Of a stretch of 64,000 nt of DNA, positions 13,150-26,978 are shown one piece after another. This DNA is from Malacoraja senta (lineage: Eukaryota): the NCBI GenBank assembly GCA_038087875.1, contig JAXLNO010000645.1, positions 372,001-436,000 of the forward strand, in the 5' to 3' direction. Each line of letters begins with the position of its first letter. The stretch's first letter is position 1. The position numbers and the translations under genes were made by a program. The notes beneath the pieces are model-generated. The model did no database searches, was not told the origin of the DNA, and was given only the letters and a program-made list of their open reading frames with translations.

Positions 13150-14115
13150 AAGTTACAGTAGCAGAATTAGGCCATTCGGAACATCAAGTCTACTCCGCCA
13201 TTCAATTATGGCTGATCTATTTTTCCCTCTCAACCCCATTCTCCTATCTACTCCCCATAACCCCTGACACTCGTTCTAATCAAGAATCTATCTATTTCCA
13301 CCTTAAAAATATTCAATGACGGCCTCCACAGCCGCCTGTGGTAATGAATTCCACAGATTCACCACCCTCTGGCTAAAGACATTCCTCCTCATCTCCTTCT
13401 TAAAGGAATGTCCTTTAATTCTGAGGCTTTGATCCTAGACCAGGGGTTGCCAACCATTTTCATCCCATTTACCCCTGGCAACTTTAATAACACATCACAA
13501 TATTATTTCACTTATTTATGGACAATTAATGATGAACAGATTTGCGATACCAGAACCAAACACAGTCAGTCAAAGTGAAAAAGTATGTACAAATCCAGAA
13601 TCAATAAATTTACCCCCCTGGGTAGGCGAAATTTACCCTCTGGGGGTAAATTTACCCCAGGCTAGGAACCCTTGTCCGAGACTCTCCCATGAGTGGAAAC
13701 ATCCTATCCAAATCCATACTGTCCAAACCTTTCACTATTCGGTGCATTTCAATGAACTCCAGCGAGTACAGGCCCACTGCCGTCATAAACGCTCATCATA
13801 GGTTAACCCACTCATTCCTGGGATCATTCTCGTAAACCCTCTCCAAAGCCAGCACATCCTTCCTCAGATATGGTGCACGAAATTGCTCACAATATTCCAA
13901 ATGTGGCCTGACCAGCGCCTTATAGAGCCTCAGCATTACATCCCTGTTTTTGTATTCTAGCCCTCTTGAAATAAATGCGAGCATTGCGTTTGCCTTCTTT
14001 ATCACTGATTTGTCTTGCTGATTAACTTTTTGGGAATTCTGCACCAGAACTCCAAACTCCCTTTGCACCTCCGATTTCTGGATTCTCACCCCATTTAGAA
14101 ATTAGTCTATGCCTT
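13150..14115 (-). mobile_element. CR1-clade LINE 3' fragment interrupted by a MITE
   Basis: ORF 13796..14089 ([25 protein letters not shown]). Confidence 0.85.
13441..13674. mobile_element. hAT (Charlie-like) MITE
   Basis: Termini CAGGGGTTGCC...GGAACCCTTG; 8-bp TSD TCCTAGAC/TCCGAGAC resembling the Charlie target. Confidence 0.75.
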
Positions 14116-14257
14116 TTCTCCCCATTCATCTTTCTCTCACTCTGTTTTATATCATCCCTTGAACTCCAGTTTTTAAACATCTGTTCATTATTCACTCTGC
14201 CATAATTTGTTTCTGGCATCCTTATCCATCTCAATTAGCTCCCATCCCCCACATATG

Positions 14258-15372
14258 CTGTTTAAGAAGGAACTGCAGATGCTGGAAAATCGAAGGTAGA
14301 CAAAATTGCTGGAGAAACTCAGCGGGTGCAGCAGCATCTATGGAGCGGAGGAAATAGGCAACGTTTCGGGCCAAAACCCTTCTTCAGACTGATGTAGGAT
14401 GGGGGGGGGGATGGGGAGAAGAAAGGAGAAAGGAAGAGGAGGAGCCAGAGGGCTGAGGGAGAGCTGAGAAGGGGAGGGGAAGAGGAGGAGACAGCAAGGG
14501 CTACCGGAAATTGGAGGTCAATGTTTATGCCGCTAGAGTACAAATTGCCCAAGCGGAATATGAGGTGCTGCTCCTCCAATTTACGGTGGTCCTCACTCTG
14601 GCCATGGAGGAGGCCCAGGACAGAAAGGTCGGATTCGGAATGGGAGGGGGAGTTGAAGTGCTGAGCCACAGGGAGATCAGGTTGGTTAATGCGGAGGTGT
14701 TCGGCGAAACGATCGCCAAGCCTATGCTTGGTCTCACCGATGTAGATCAGCTGACATCTAGAGCAGCGTATGCAATAGATGAGGTTGGAGGAGATGCAGG
14801 TGAACCTCTGTCGCACCTGGAACGACTGCTTGGGTCCTTGAATGGAGCCGAGGGGGGAGGTAAAGCGACAAGTGTAGCATCTCTTGCGGTTGCAAGGGAA
14901 AGTACCCGGGGAGGGGGTGGTGCGGGAGGGAAGGGAAGAATTGACCAGGGAGTTACGGAGGGAGCGTTTTTTGCGGAAAGCAGACGGGGGGAGATGGGAG
15001 GATGTGGCGAGTGGTGGGGTCACGTTGGAGGTGGCGAAAATGACGGAGGACTATTTGTTGTATGTGACGGCTAGTGGGGTGAAAGGTGAAGACTAGGAAG
15101 ACTCTGCCCTAGTTGCGAATGGAGGTATGGGGAGATAGAGCAGTGTTACGGGTTATTGAAGAGACCCTGGTAAGAGCCCCATCTATAGTAGGGGAGGGGG
15201 ACCCCCGTTCCCTGAAGAATGAGAACATTTCCGATGTCCTGGTGTGGAACACGTCATCCTGGGAGCAGATGCGGCGTAGACGGAGGAATTGGGAGTAGGG
15301 GATGGAGTCCTTACAGGAAGCAGGGTGGGATGAAATGTAGTCTAGATAGCCATTGGAGTCAGTGGGTTTATA
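14258..15372 (-). mobile_element. Penelope-like element 3' part (RT end, GIY-YIG endonuclease, terminal repeat)
   Basis: ORF 14319..15023: CNRKRCYTC...NLIYCIRCSRCQLIYIGETK..LGDRFAEH..VAQHFN..LEEQHLIFRLG. Confidence 0.92.
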
Positions 15373-15377
15373 GTGGA

Positions 15378-16053
15378 CTGTCTGCTTTCTGCAAAGACCA
15401 CTCCCTCCATAACTCTCTGGTCAATTCGTCCCTTCCCTTCCCTCCGCGGGCACTTTCCCTTGCAACCGCAAGAGATGCTACACTTGTCGCTTTACCTCCC
15501 CCCTCGACTCCCATTCAAGGACCCAAGCAGTCGTTCCAGGTGCGACAGATGTTCACCTGCATCTCCTCCAAACTCATATATTGCATCCACTGCTCTAGAT
15601 GTCAGCTGATCTACATCGGTGAGACCAAGCGTAGGCTTGGCGATCGTTTCCCCGAACACCTCCGCTCGATCCGCATTATCCAACCTGATCTCCCTGTGGC
15701 TCAGCACTTCAACTCCCCCTCCCATTCCGAATCCGTCTTTTCCGTCCTAGGCCTCCTCCATGGCCAGAGTGAGCACCACCGGTAATTGGAGGAGCAGCAC
15801 CTCATATTGGGCAGTTTGCAACCTAGCGGCAAAAACATTGACTTCTCCAATTTCCGGTAGCCCATGCTGTCTCCTCCTCTTCTCCTCCCCTTCTCAGCTC
15901 TCCCTCAGCCCTCTGGCTCCCCCTTTTCTTTTTCTCCCCACCCCCCCCCACCCTACATCAGTCTGAAGAAGGGTTTCGGCCCGAAACGTTGCCTATTTCC
16001 TCCGCTCCATAGATGCTACTGCACCCGCTGAGTTTCTCCAGCACTTTTGTCTA
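15378..16053 (+). mobile_element. Penelope-like element 3' part, inverted relative to the preceding copy
   Basis: ORF 15219..15785 has the same GIY-YIG motifs; terminal repeat with CTGAAGAAGGGTTTCGGCCCGAAACGTT at 15963. Confidence 0.9.
15953..15998 (+). ncRNA. Minimal type I hammerhead ribozyme-like motif (Penelope-associated); representative copy
   Basis: CUGAnGA box, extra A, GGG..CCC helix II, then GAAAC and palindromic AACGTT helix III. Same motif on minus at ~14357-14392 and ~47109-47145. Activity untested. Confidence 0.6.
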
Positions 16054-16244
16054 TCCCACATATGCTGAATCCTCCTTAGTTTAGTTTAGAGATACAGCAT
16101 GGAATCAGGCCCTTCGGCCCGCCGAGTCCACGTTGACCAACGATCACCCTCACGCTAATTCTATGTTATTCTATATGCTTAGGGACAATTCATAGAAGCC
16201 AATTAACATTAGAGCTGCTGCCTCACAGCGCCAGAGACCCAGGT

Positions 16245-16660
16245 CAGTTTAATTTATTGTCACGTGTACCGCGATACAGTGAAAAGCTTTTTGTTGCGTG
16301 CTATCCAGTCAGCCGAAAGACAATATATGATTACAATCGAGCCATTTACAGTGTACAGATGCATGATAAGGGAATAATGTTCAGTGCAAGATAAACCCAG
16401 TAAAGTACGATCAAGGATAGACCAAGGTGGATATCAATGAGGATAGATAGATGGATATCAAAAAGGTAGATAGTAGTTTAGCACTGCTCTCTGGTAGGGG
16501 TAGGATAGTTCAGTTGCCTGATAACAGCTGGGAAGAAACTGTCCCTGAATCTGTGCGTTTTCACACTTCTATACCTTTTGCCTGATGGGAGAGGGGAAAA
16601 GAGGGAGTGGCCAGGATTTGACATCCTTGATTATGCTGCTGCCCTTGCCGAGTCTAGGAA
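16245..16660 (-). mobile_element. Rex1/Babar-like LINE 3' end (similar fragment at ~45735-46020)
   Basis: Minus strand gives SSIIKD.. then ..SLFPSPIRQK / LPSGKRYRS-like text and an AATAAA-containing tail. Confidence 0.65.
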
Positions 16661-16832
16661 TGTGTTTGATGCTGACCTTGAGTGCTGCCTGTGTGTGTGG
16701 AGTTTGCACATTCTCCTTTGACTGTGTGCCTTCACCGGCTGTGTGTGTGTGTGTGGAGTTGGCATGTTCTCTCTGTGACCGTACGGCTTCTCCAGATGTG
16801 TGTGCTGATGCATATGTGCTCCCTACTTGCAG

Positions 16833-18045
16833 GCTCTTTCTAGGGTCGGAGGTCATCCGGAACAGCACTCCCAAGAACAGCGAACAGCGAGCAGCCCAAG
16901 TCCCCGCCCAGCAGCAGCTCTGGAGAGAGCATGGACTCCATCAGCTTTTGTTCATCCGACCACAACATCAAAGACACCTGCACAACGCCCACCGACATGC
17001 CCACCGCCAGGGCCACCAACATGCCCGCCGACACGGCCACCGACACATGCGCCCACACGGCCACCAACACACATGCCGACATGCCCGCCGACAGGGCCAC
17101 CAACATGCCCGCCGACACGGCCACCAACATGCCCGCTGACATGCCCGCCGACACGGCCACCGACACGCCGACAGGGCTACTAACATGCCCACCGACAGGG
17201 CCACCAACATGCCCGCCGACACCCCTGCCGACAGGGCCGCCAACATGCCCGCCGACACGGCCACCTACATGCCCGCCGACACGGCCACTGACACATGTGC
17301 CGCCGACAGGGCCACCAACATGCCCGCCGACACGCCTGCCGACAGGGCCGGCAACATGCCCGCCGACACGGCCACCAACATGCCCACCGACATTCCCGCC
17401 GACACGGCCAACGACACATGTGCCGCCGACAGGGCCACCAACATGCCCGCCGACACGGCCACCAACATGCCCACCGACATTCCCGCCGACACGGCCACCG
17501 ACACATGTGCCGCCGACAAGGCCACCAACATGCCCGCTGACACGGCCACCACATGCCCACCGACACGGCCACCAACATGCCCACCGACACGGCCACCAAC
17601 ATGCCCACCGACACGGCCACCGACACATGCGCCGCCGACAGGGCCACCCACACGCCCGCAGATATGCCCGCCGACACGGCCACCGACACACGCGCCGACA
17701 CGGCCACCAACATGCCCGCTAACATGCCCGCCGACACGGCCACCGACACACGCGCGGACACGCGCACCAACATGGCCGACGACACACCCACCGACACACG
17801 CGCCGACACGGCCACCAACAGGGCTGACAACACACCCACCGAGACGGCCGCAAACACGGTTGACGACACGGTCGACGACACCGCCGTCGACACGGCCGCC
17901 ATGACGGCATCCGACACGCCTGCAGACACGGCCACCGGCACGGCCACGACACGGCACCAACATGCCCGCCATGACGGCATCGGACACGCCTGCAGACACG
18001 ACCATCGACACGCCCGAAGAGCCGCAAAGAAAGGCACAAAGAAAG
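16833..18045 (+). pseudogene. RGL1: RGL1-like exon expanded by an internal minisatellite, frameshifted
   Basis: Acceptor CTTGCAG|G completes the CT|G Leu codon. Reads LFLGSEVIRNSTPKN..SEQPKSPPSSSSGESMDSISFCSSDH ... TIDTPEEPQRK|GT vs recalled RGL1 LFLGSDMITSPTPTKEQPKSTASGSSGESMDSVSVSS...TPMDTPDEPQKK. A 7-bp duplication AACAGCG (16876-16889) shifts the frame. Confidence 0.8.
16985..18010 (+). repeat. GC-rich codon-structured minisatellite (12/24-bp modules, e.g. ATGCCCGCCGACACGGCCACCAAC = MPADTATN)
   Basis: Seen directly; ORFs 16931, 17185, 17553 and 17962 carry the repeat in successive frames. Confidence 0.95.
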
Positions 18046-18283
18046 GTCCGCACTCTCACTCACTCACACTTCACTCACCCATTCACTCTCACTCACTCTC
18101 CCTCACTCACTTACCTACTCACACTCACTCCTCTCTCTCACACACTCTTCTTTCACTCTCACTCACCCACTCACTCTCACTCACTCACACACTCACTTAC
18201 GCACACTCACCCACACTCTCAACTCACACTCACTCTCATTCACTCTCACTCATTCACTCTCACTCACCCATTCACTGTCACTC

Positions 18284-20270
18284 CGTATGCAGACGTGGCA
18301 TCGAAGGGTGAGATGCCGAAGCGAAGAAGTGGAAGCTAAATAAACGAACGGAAACAATGCCGTAAAGCCAAATAACCAAAAGTGCGCAAGGCCAAAAAGC
18401 CAAAAAAACGACGGACGCGAGTCCGAAAAGCCAAATAACCGAAAGGGTGAGATGCCTAAGAGCCGACTAACGGAACATAAAGGACGACGAAAAGCCAACT
18501 CACTGAAAGGGCGGATCGCCAAAAAGCCAAATAACCAAAAGGGCGGGACATCTAAAAGCAACTCACCGAACGGACGCATCGCCAAAAAGCCAAATAACAA
18601 ACATGACGTCACCAGGGGGGTGGAACTTGTCAGTGATTGGTCCAGACTCCCGAGTCCATCACATTACTGGCCGGGGAGATGGGTGGGAGGGGATCATTTT
18701 TTAATTTTCCTTCTCCACTTTTGGAATTTCCTAAGTATAAAATAAAACCGCGTGTGATTGAAACTTTCGGTTGATTATACAAAATAATCATCTAATTTGG
18801 TTCCATAGATATTTACACCAACTGTAACAATCATATTTTGACTATCACAATACATTTACATACACTACCGTGCATCTTGAAAGCCACTGGTCTTTTGGGT
18901 GTGAATCGAGAAACCAGACGAAAAAAACATGACTTTTTTTCAAGAATACCTTAGCTTGCTGAGTCGGTTCAGTGATATGAGTAAGTGTGAATAGGCGTGA
19001 GTTAGTGTCAGCGTGCACGCCCGAGAGATGGGAAATGTCCGCGCTACGCTGCCTTGGGCCTTTATTCCAGTAAGCAGAATTCTTCGAACTTCCGTGGACC
19101 TCCAGCTGAGGTGGAGCTCGGCCGGGAAGAGAGTGCGTGCCGTCACGAAGGATAAGCTCCTTCAGCCGCTTACACCTTGGTGCTCTGGTACAGAGTGCCC
19201 AGTGTCACCCTCCAGCCCCGGGTATTCTTGTGTGGGAAGATACTGCTGATGCTGGTACACACTGACAAATAGACACAAAATGATGGAGTAACTCAGCGGG
19301 ACAGACATCATCTCTGGATAGAAGGAATTGGTGACTTTTCGGGTAGAGACCCTTCTTCAGGCAATCACAAGTACTCTCACCAACGAGACTTCAGTTCACT
19401 CTGATGGGTCTTGAACCGAAACGTCACCCATTTCTTCTCTCCAGAGATACTGCCTGTCCTGTTGTGTAAGCGGCCGAAGGAGCTCAACCTTTGGGACAGC
19501 CCGCACTCTCTTCCCCGAGTCAGTGCTGTCCGGCCGCGGCCGCCGACCGCCTCAGCTGGGGGTCAACGGAGGTTCGAAGAATTCCGCTTACTGGGAATAA
19601 AAACACGAGGCAGCGCAGCATGGACACTTCCCATCTCTCGGACGTGCACGCTGACACTAACTGACGCCGATTCACACTTACTCATATCAGTGAGCTGACT
19701 CAGTGAGCTAAGATATTCTTTAAAAATCAGTCATAATTTTCGTCTGGTTTCTCGATTCACACCCAAAAGGACCAGTGGCCTTCAAGATGCACGGTAGTGT
19801 ACGTAAATGTATTGTGGTAGTCAAAATATAATTGTTACAGTTGGTGTAAATATCAATGGAACCAATTTGGATTATTATTTTGTTAAAGAAACCGAAAGTT
19901 CCAATCACACGGAGTTTTATTTTATATTTAGGAAAGACCAAAGGTAGCGAAGGAAAATTAAAAATGTTCCCCACCCTTCTGTCTCCCCCGGCCAGTGATG
20001 TGATGGACGCGAGGTTCTGGACCAATCGCTGATAAATCCCATCCCCCGGTGACATCAGGTCCGTTATTGGCTTGTCGTCATCGTTTCCGTTCGGTTTGTT
20101 GGCTTTTAGGCGTCTCGCCCTTTCCGTTATTTGGCTTTTCATTCTGTGTCCATTCGGTTATTTGGCTTTTCGGCCTTGCGCACTTTCTGTTATTTGGCAT
20201 TTCGGCATTGTTTCCGTTCGGTTATTTGGCTTCCACTTCTTTGTTTCTGCATCTTGTCCTTCGACACCAC
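18284..20270. mobile_element. Foldback-type non-autonomous DNA element, copy 2
   Basis: Arm ~18284-19175 is the reverse complement of ~19463-20270; terminus CGTATGCAGACGTGG matches the copy-1 right end (rc CGAATGCAGACGTGG). Confidence 0.78.
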
Positions 20271-23200
20271 TCACCCACTTCTCACTCACTCACACTCTCT
20301 CACTCTCTCACTCACCTCACTCTTCACTCACCACACACTCACACACCCACTCACTCTCACTCACTCACTCTCACTCGCCCACTCACTCACATTCTCACTC
20401 ACTGTCACTCACTCTCACCCAATCACTGTCTCTCTCACTCGCACGCACACTCACTCATTTTCACTTACACTCTCGCTCACCCACTCACCCACTCACTCTC
20501 ACTCCCTCAACTCGCTCGCTCTAATTCACTCACACTCCTTCACTCACTCTCTCACTCCAGCACACATAGTCACTCTCTCTCACACTCACTCTCACTCACT
20601 CTCTCACTCACTCTCCACTCACTCACTCACTCACACTCTTCACTCACTCTCTCTCACATTTACTCACTCTCTCTCACTCTCACTCTCTCACTCACACTCT
20701 TCACTCACTCTGTCACTCACCCACTCACACTTGCACTCTCACTCACGCACTCACTCTTCACTCATTATATTACTCACCCACTCACTCTCACGAACTCACT
20801 CTCACTCACTTCACGCAGCCCACTCACTAACTCACTCTTCACTCATTCATTCCAAGTCACGTTTTGCTCACTCACCTACTCACACTCTCTAACCCACTCA
20901 CACTCATTCAGTCTCACACCCACTCTCACACACCCACTCGCTCTCACTCTCACTAACTCATACCCACTCTTACCCACTCTCTCACTCACCCACGCTCTCA
21001 CTCACTCACTTGCTCTTCACTCACTTGCTCTTCACTCTCACTCACTCACCCACATAGTCACTCACTCTCACTCTCTCACTCACTCACTTCACTCATTCAC
21101 TCTCACACCCACACTCTCACGCACTCTCACTCACCCACTCACACTCTCTCACCCACACTCACTCACTCACCCACACTCACTATCTCATTCACTCTCACTC
21201 AATATTACCCATTCACTGACTCTCACTCTCTCTCACCCACTCTCACTCACTCTCACTCATCCACGCTCTCACTCATTCTCACTCACTCTCGCCCACTCAC
21301 TCATTCTCTCACTCAACCACTCTTACTCACTGTCGCACTATCATTCACTCACTCTTCACTCAGTCTCATTCACCCACTCTCAATCTTCACTCACCCACAC
21401 ACTAACCCACTCACTTACTCTCAGTCACTCACCCAGTCACACTCACTCACTCTCATTCATTCACTCACTCTTTACTCACTCACCCACTCACTCACTCTCA
21501 CTCACTCATTTTCTCACTCTCATGCACACCCACTCTCTCACTCACCTTCACTCACTCTCACTCACACTCTTCAGCCTCTCTCTCACTCACTCACACTCTC
21601 TCACTACCACTCACTCGCTCTTCACTAACTTACTCTCACACTCTCACTATCACCCACCCACTCATAGTCACACAATCTCACTCCCTCACTCTCACTGACC
21701 TACACACTCTCACTCTCACACTCTTCACTCACTCTCACTCACCCACTCACACTCACCCACACTCTCACTCAATCTCACACCCACTCACTCTTATTCACGC
21801 ACTCACTATCTCATTGACTCTCACTCAATCTCACCCATTCACTTTCACTCACTCACCCACTCTCACTCACTCTCACTCATTCACCCACACTCACTCACCC
21901 ACACCCACTCACTCATTCTGTCACCCACTCTTACTCAGTCTCACTCTCAAACTCACTCTCGCTCACCCACTCTCACTCTTCACTCACCCACACACTCACC
22001 GACTCACTCACACTCACTCTCTCACTCACTCACTCACTCTTCACTCATCCACTCACTCTCAGTCACTCACCCACTCACTCTCAGTCACTCACTCACTCTT
22101 TACTCACTAACTCACTCACACTCACTCACTCACTCACACTCACTCACTCCCACTCACTCACTCATTGTCTCACTCTCATGCACACTCACTCTCACACTCT
22201 CATTCACCCACCCTCTCACTCACTCTCACTCACACTCTTCACTCTCACTCATTCACACTCTCACTTGCACTCACCCGCTTTTCACTCACTCATTCTCACT
22301 CACGCACACTCACACTCACTCACCCCACTCTCACTCTCACTCGCTCCCACTCACTCAATCTTATTGACTCACACTATCTCATTCACTCAATCTCACCCAT
22401 TCACTGACTCTCACTCACTCACTCACCCACACTCTCACCCACTCAGTCATTTTCTCACTCACCCTCTCTCACTCACTGCCTCACTATCATTCACACTCTC
22501 TCACTCACCCACTCTCACTCTTCACTCACCCACTCTCACTTTTCACTCACCCACACACTAACCCACTCACTCACACTCACTCTCTCACTCACTCACTCTT
22601 CATTCACCCACTCACTCTCAGTCACTCACCCACTCACACTCTCATTCATTCACTCTTCATGCTCTTTACTCACAAACGCTCACTCACACACGCTCACTCA
22701 TTACTCACTCATGCACACTCACTTACACTCTCATTCACCCACTCTCTCACTCACTCACACTCACTCGCCCACACTCTCACTCTGACTCACTCCCACACAC
22801 TCACTCTTATTCACTCACTCACTATCTCATTCACTCTCACTCAATCTCACCCATTCACTGACTCTCACTCTCTCAGTCACCCACTGTCACTCACTCTCAC
22901 CCATTCACTCTCTCTCTCACTCACTCTTCACTCACCCACACACTAACACACTCACTCACACTCACTCTCTCACTCACTCGCTCACTCACTCTCATACACT
23001 CACTCTCTCACACTCACTCACTCTTCACTCACCCACTCACACTCACTCACTCAGTCACTCATCTAGTCACACTCACTCACCCACTCATTCATTCACTCAA
23101 TCTTTACTCACTCACGCACACTCACCAACTCACTCACTCTCACTCCCACACACTCACTGTCTCACTATCATGCACAGTCACTCACTCTCACACTGTCATT

Positions 23201-26200
23201 CACCCACTCACTCCCACTCACTCACTCTCACTCACATTCTTCATACACTCACTCACACTCATTACCACTCACTCGCTCTTCACTCACTCACTCTCACTCA
23301 CACGCTCACTCTTAACTTACTCACTGTCACACTCACCCACTCACACTAACACTCACTCACCATCTCACTCTTACTCACCCACTAACTCTCACTCACCCAC
23401 TTACAATCACTCACTCACACCCACTCTCACTCACTCTCACTCACCCATTCACTCATTCTCACTAACTCACACTCACTAACGTTCACTCACTCTTCACTCA
23501 CTCACTCACACATTCAACCACAATGTCACTCACTCTCACGCACACACCCACTCACTCTCACTCACTCTCTCATTCACTCTCACACACTCACACACACACG
23601 CATTCTCACACTCACATACTCTCACTCACGCTCACTCACCCACTCTTTCACCCACTCTCTCTCACTCTTCACTTGCCCACACACTCACCCACTCACTCAT
23701 TCATTCTTCACTGACTCACTCACTCACTCTCTCACACTCACTCACATGCTCACTCTTCACTCACCCACTCACTCTCACTCACCCACTCTCACACCCACTG
23801 TTACTCACTCTCACTCTCACTCACTCACTCCCACTCACTCAATCATTGTCTCACTCTCATGTACACTCACTCTCACACTCTCATTCACTCACTCTCTCAC
23901 CCACACTCTTCACTCACTCACGCTCTCTCACTACCACTCACTCGCTCTCCACTCACTCATTCACTCACTCACTCTCACACCCACTCACACTCACTCACCC
24001 ACATTCTCACTCACTCTCACTCACTCCCACTCACTTAATCTTATTGACTCACTCACTATCTCACACTCTCAATCTCACCCATTCACTGACTCCCACTCTC
24101 TCACTCACCCACTCCCACTCACTCACTCTCACTCACTCACTCACTCACCCACACTCTCACTCTCTCACCCACTCACTCATGATCTCACACCCACTCTCAC
24201 TCACTGTCTCACTTTCATTCATTCAGTCTCACTCACCCACTCTCACTCTTCACTCACCCACGCACTAACCCACTCACTCACACTCACTCACTCACCCTCA
24301 CTCTCTCACTCACTCTCAGTCACTCACCCACTCACACTCACTCACTCTCATTCATTCACCTCACTCTTTACTCACTAGCACCCACTCACACTCACCCACT
24401 CACTCACACTCACTCACTCACTCACTCACTCCCACTCACTAACTCTTATTCATTTACTCACCATCTCATTCACTCTCACTCAATCTCACCCATTCACTGA
24501 TTCTCACTCTCTCTCACCCACTCTCTCTCACTCTTCACACACCCACTCACTTACACTCACTCACTCCCACTCACTCACACATTGCCTCACGCTCATGCAC
24601 ACTCACTCTTACACTCTCATTCACCCACTCACTCACTCACTCTCACACCCTTCACTCACTCTCTCACTACCATTCACTCGCTCTTCACTCACTCATTCTC
24701 ACTCACTCTCACTCACCTACTCACACTCAGTCACCCACACTCTCCCTCTCACTCCCACTCACTCACTCGTATTCACGTACTCACTATCTCATTCACTCTC
24801 ACTCAAGCTCACTCATTCACTGACTCCCACTCTCTCACTCACCCACTATCACTCACTCATACTCACTCAGTCACACTCTCACTCACTCTTACTCACTCTC
24901 ACCCACTCACTCTCTCTCACTCACTCTTCACTCACCGACACACTAACACACTCACTCACACTCAGTCTCGCTCACCCGCTCACTCTTCACTCACCCACTC
25001 ACACTCACTCACTCTCAGTCACTCACCCAGTCACACTCACTCACTCTCATTCATTCACTCACTCTTTACTCACTCATTCACACTCACCCACTCACTCACT
25101 CACTCACTGTCTCACTATCATGCACACTCCCTCACTCTCACACTCTCATTCACCCACTCATTGCCACTCACTCACTCTCACTCACATTCTTCATTCCCTC
25201 TCTCACTCACTCACTCTCACACATTCTTCATTCTCTCACTCACTCACACTCTCTCACTACCACTCACTCGCTCTTCACTCACTCACTCACACGCTCACTC
25301 ATAATTTACTCACTGCCACACTCACCCACCCACTCACACTCACACCCTCTCACTCTTACTCACCCACTAACTCTCACACCCACTTACAGTCACTCACTCT
25401 CACACCCACTCTCATTCACCCACTCACTCACTCACCCACCCATTCACTCACTCTCACTTACTCACACTCTCTCACTCATGCTCACACACTCACTCACACT
25501 CACTCTCACTCACTTTCTCATTCACTCTCACTCACTCTCACACACATGCATTCTCACACTCACTCACTCACTCTCACCCACTCTCTCTCTCACTCATCAC
25601 TCGCCCACACACTCACCCACTCACTCACTCATTCTTCACTGACTCACTAACTCACACACTCTCTCACTTGCTCTCACTCACATGCTCACTCTTCACTCAC
25701 CCACTCACTCCTCACTCACCTACTCACACTCACTCACCCACCTTGTCACTCACCCACACTGTCACTCACTGTCACTCACTCTCACCCACTCACTCGCACT
25801 CACCCACTCACTCTCACTTGCATTCACTCTCACTCACTCTCATCCACACTCACTTTCACACTCACCCACCACTCACTCTCTCACTCACACTCTCTCACTC
25901 CCTCAATCTCACTCACTCTCACCCATTCACTCTTCACTCACACACTCACAACAACTCTTCACTCAATCACTGTCGCACTCACACTCTCACAACCACTCTC
26001 ATTCATCAACTCACTCACTTTTCACTTACTCACAATCTCTTACCCACTCACTCTCACTCACTCACTCTTCACTCTCCCACGCACTCACTCTCACTCTCTC
26101 ACTAACTCACAGACTCATTCACGCTCTCTTACACTCTCACTCACCCACTCACTCACTCACTCTCTCACTCACACTCTTCACCACTCTCTCACTCAGTTTC

Positions 26201-26978
26201 AGTCACTCACACACTTACTCACTCTCACCCACTCACTCTTCACTCAATCTCTCACAATCACACTTCTCTCACGGTCACACTCACATTCACTCACCCACTC
26301 TCATTCACCTACTCACTCTCTCACCCACTCTCACTCACCCTCACTCACCCACTCAACCACTATTCACTTACTCAAACTCTCTCACCCACTCGCTCGCTCT
26401 CACTCACCCACAATCATTCACTCTCACCCACGATCACTCATTCTCACTCATTCTTCACTCACTCTCTCTCACCCACTCTCACTCACTCACTCACCCACAC
26501 TCTCACTCACTCTCACACTCACTCTAACTCACTCACTCACTCACCCACTCCCTCACTCTCGCTCTTCACTCACCCACACACTCACCCTCACTCACTCGCT
26601 CTTCACTCACCCACACTCACTATACACCCACTTAGTCTTACTCACTCACGCACACTCACTTGCACTCATCAACTCACTCACAATCTCCGTCACTCCCACT
26701 CACTCACTGTCTCTCTCATGGCACTCACTCACTTTCACACTCACTCACCCACTCAGTTATTCTCACTCACTTACTCTCACTCACTCAATATTCACTCACT
26801 CACTCTTCATTCACCCACTCTCTCACTCTTCACTCACCCACGCACTCACCCACCCACTCTCTCACTGTTCACTCACTCAACACCCACACTCACTCACCCA
26901 CTCACACTCACACTCACTCTCTCTCACCCCACTCTCTCATTCACTCTCGCTCACCCATATTCCCGCTCACACACACTC

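Noticed and set aside
16840..18063. Minus-strand Gly/Val-rich and Cys/Trp/Arg-rich ORFs
   Set aside because: Alternative frames of the same minisatellite.
16931..18311. Stand-alone mucin, antifreeze or ice-nucleation-like gene, or bacterial contamination
   Set aside because: The repeat is enclosed by RGL1-like exon ends and splice sites within vertebrate TE context.
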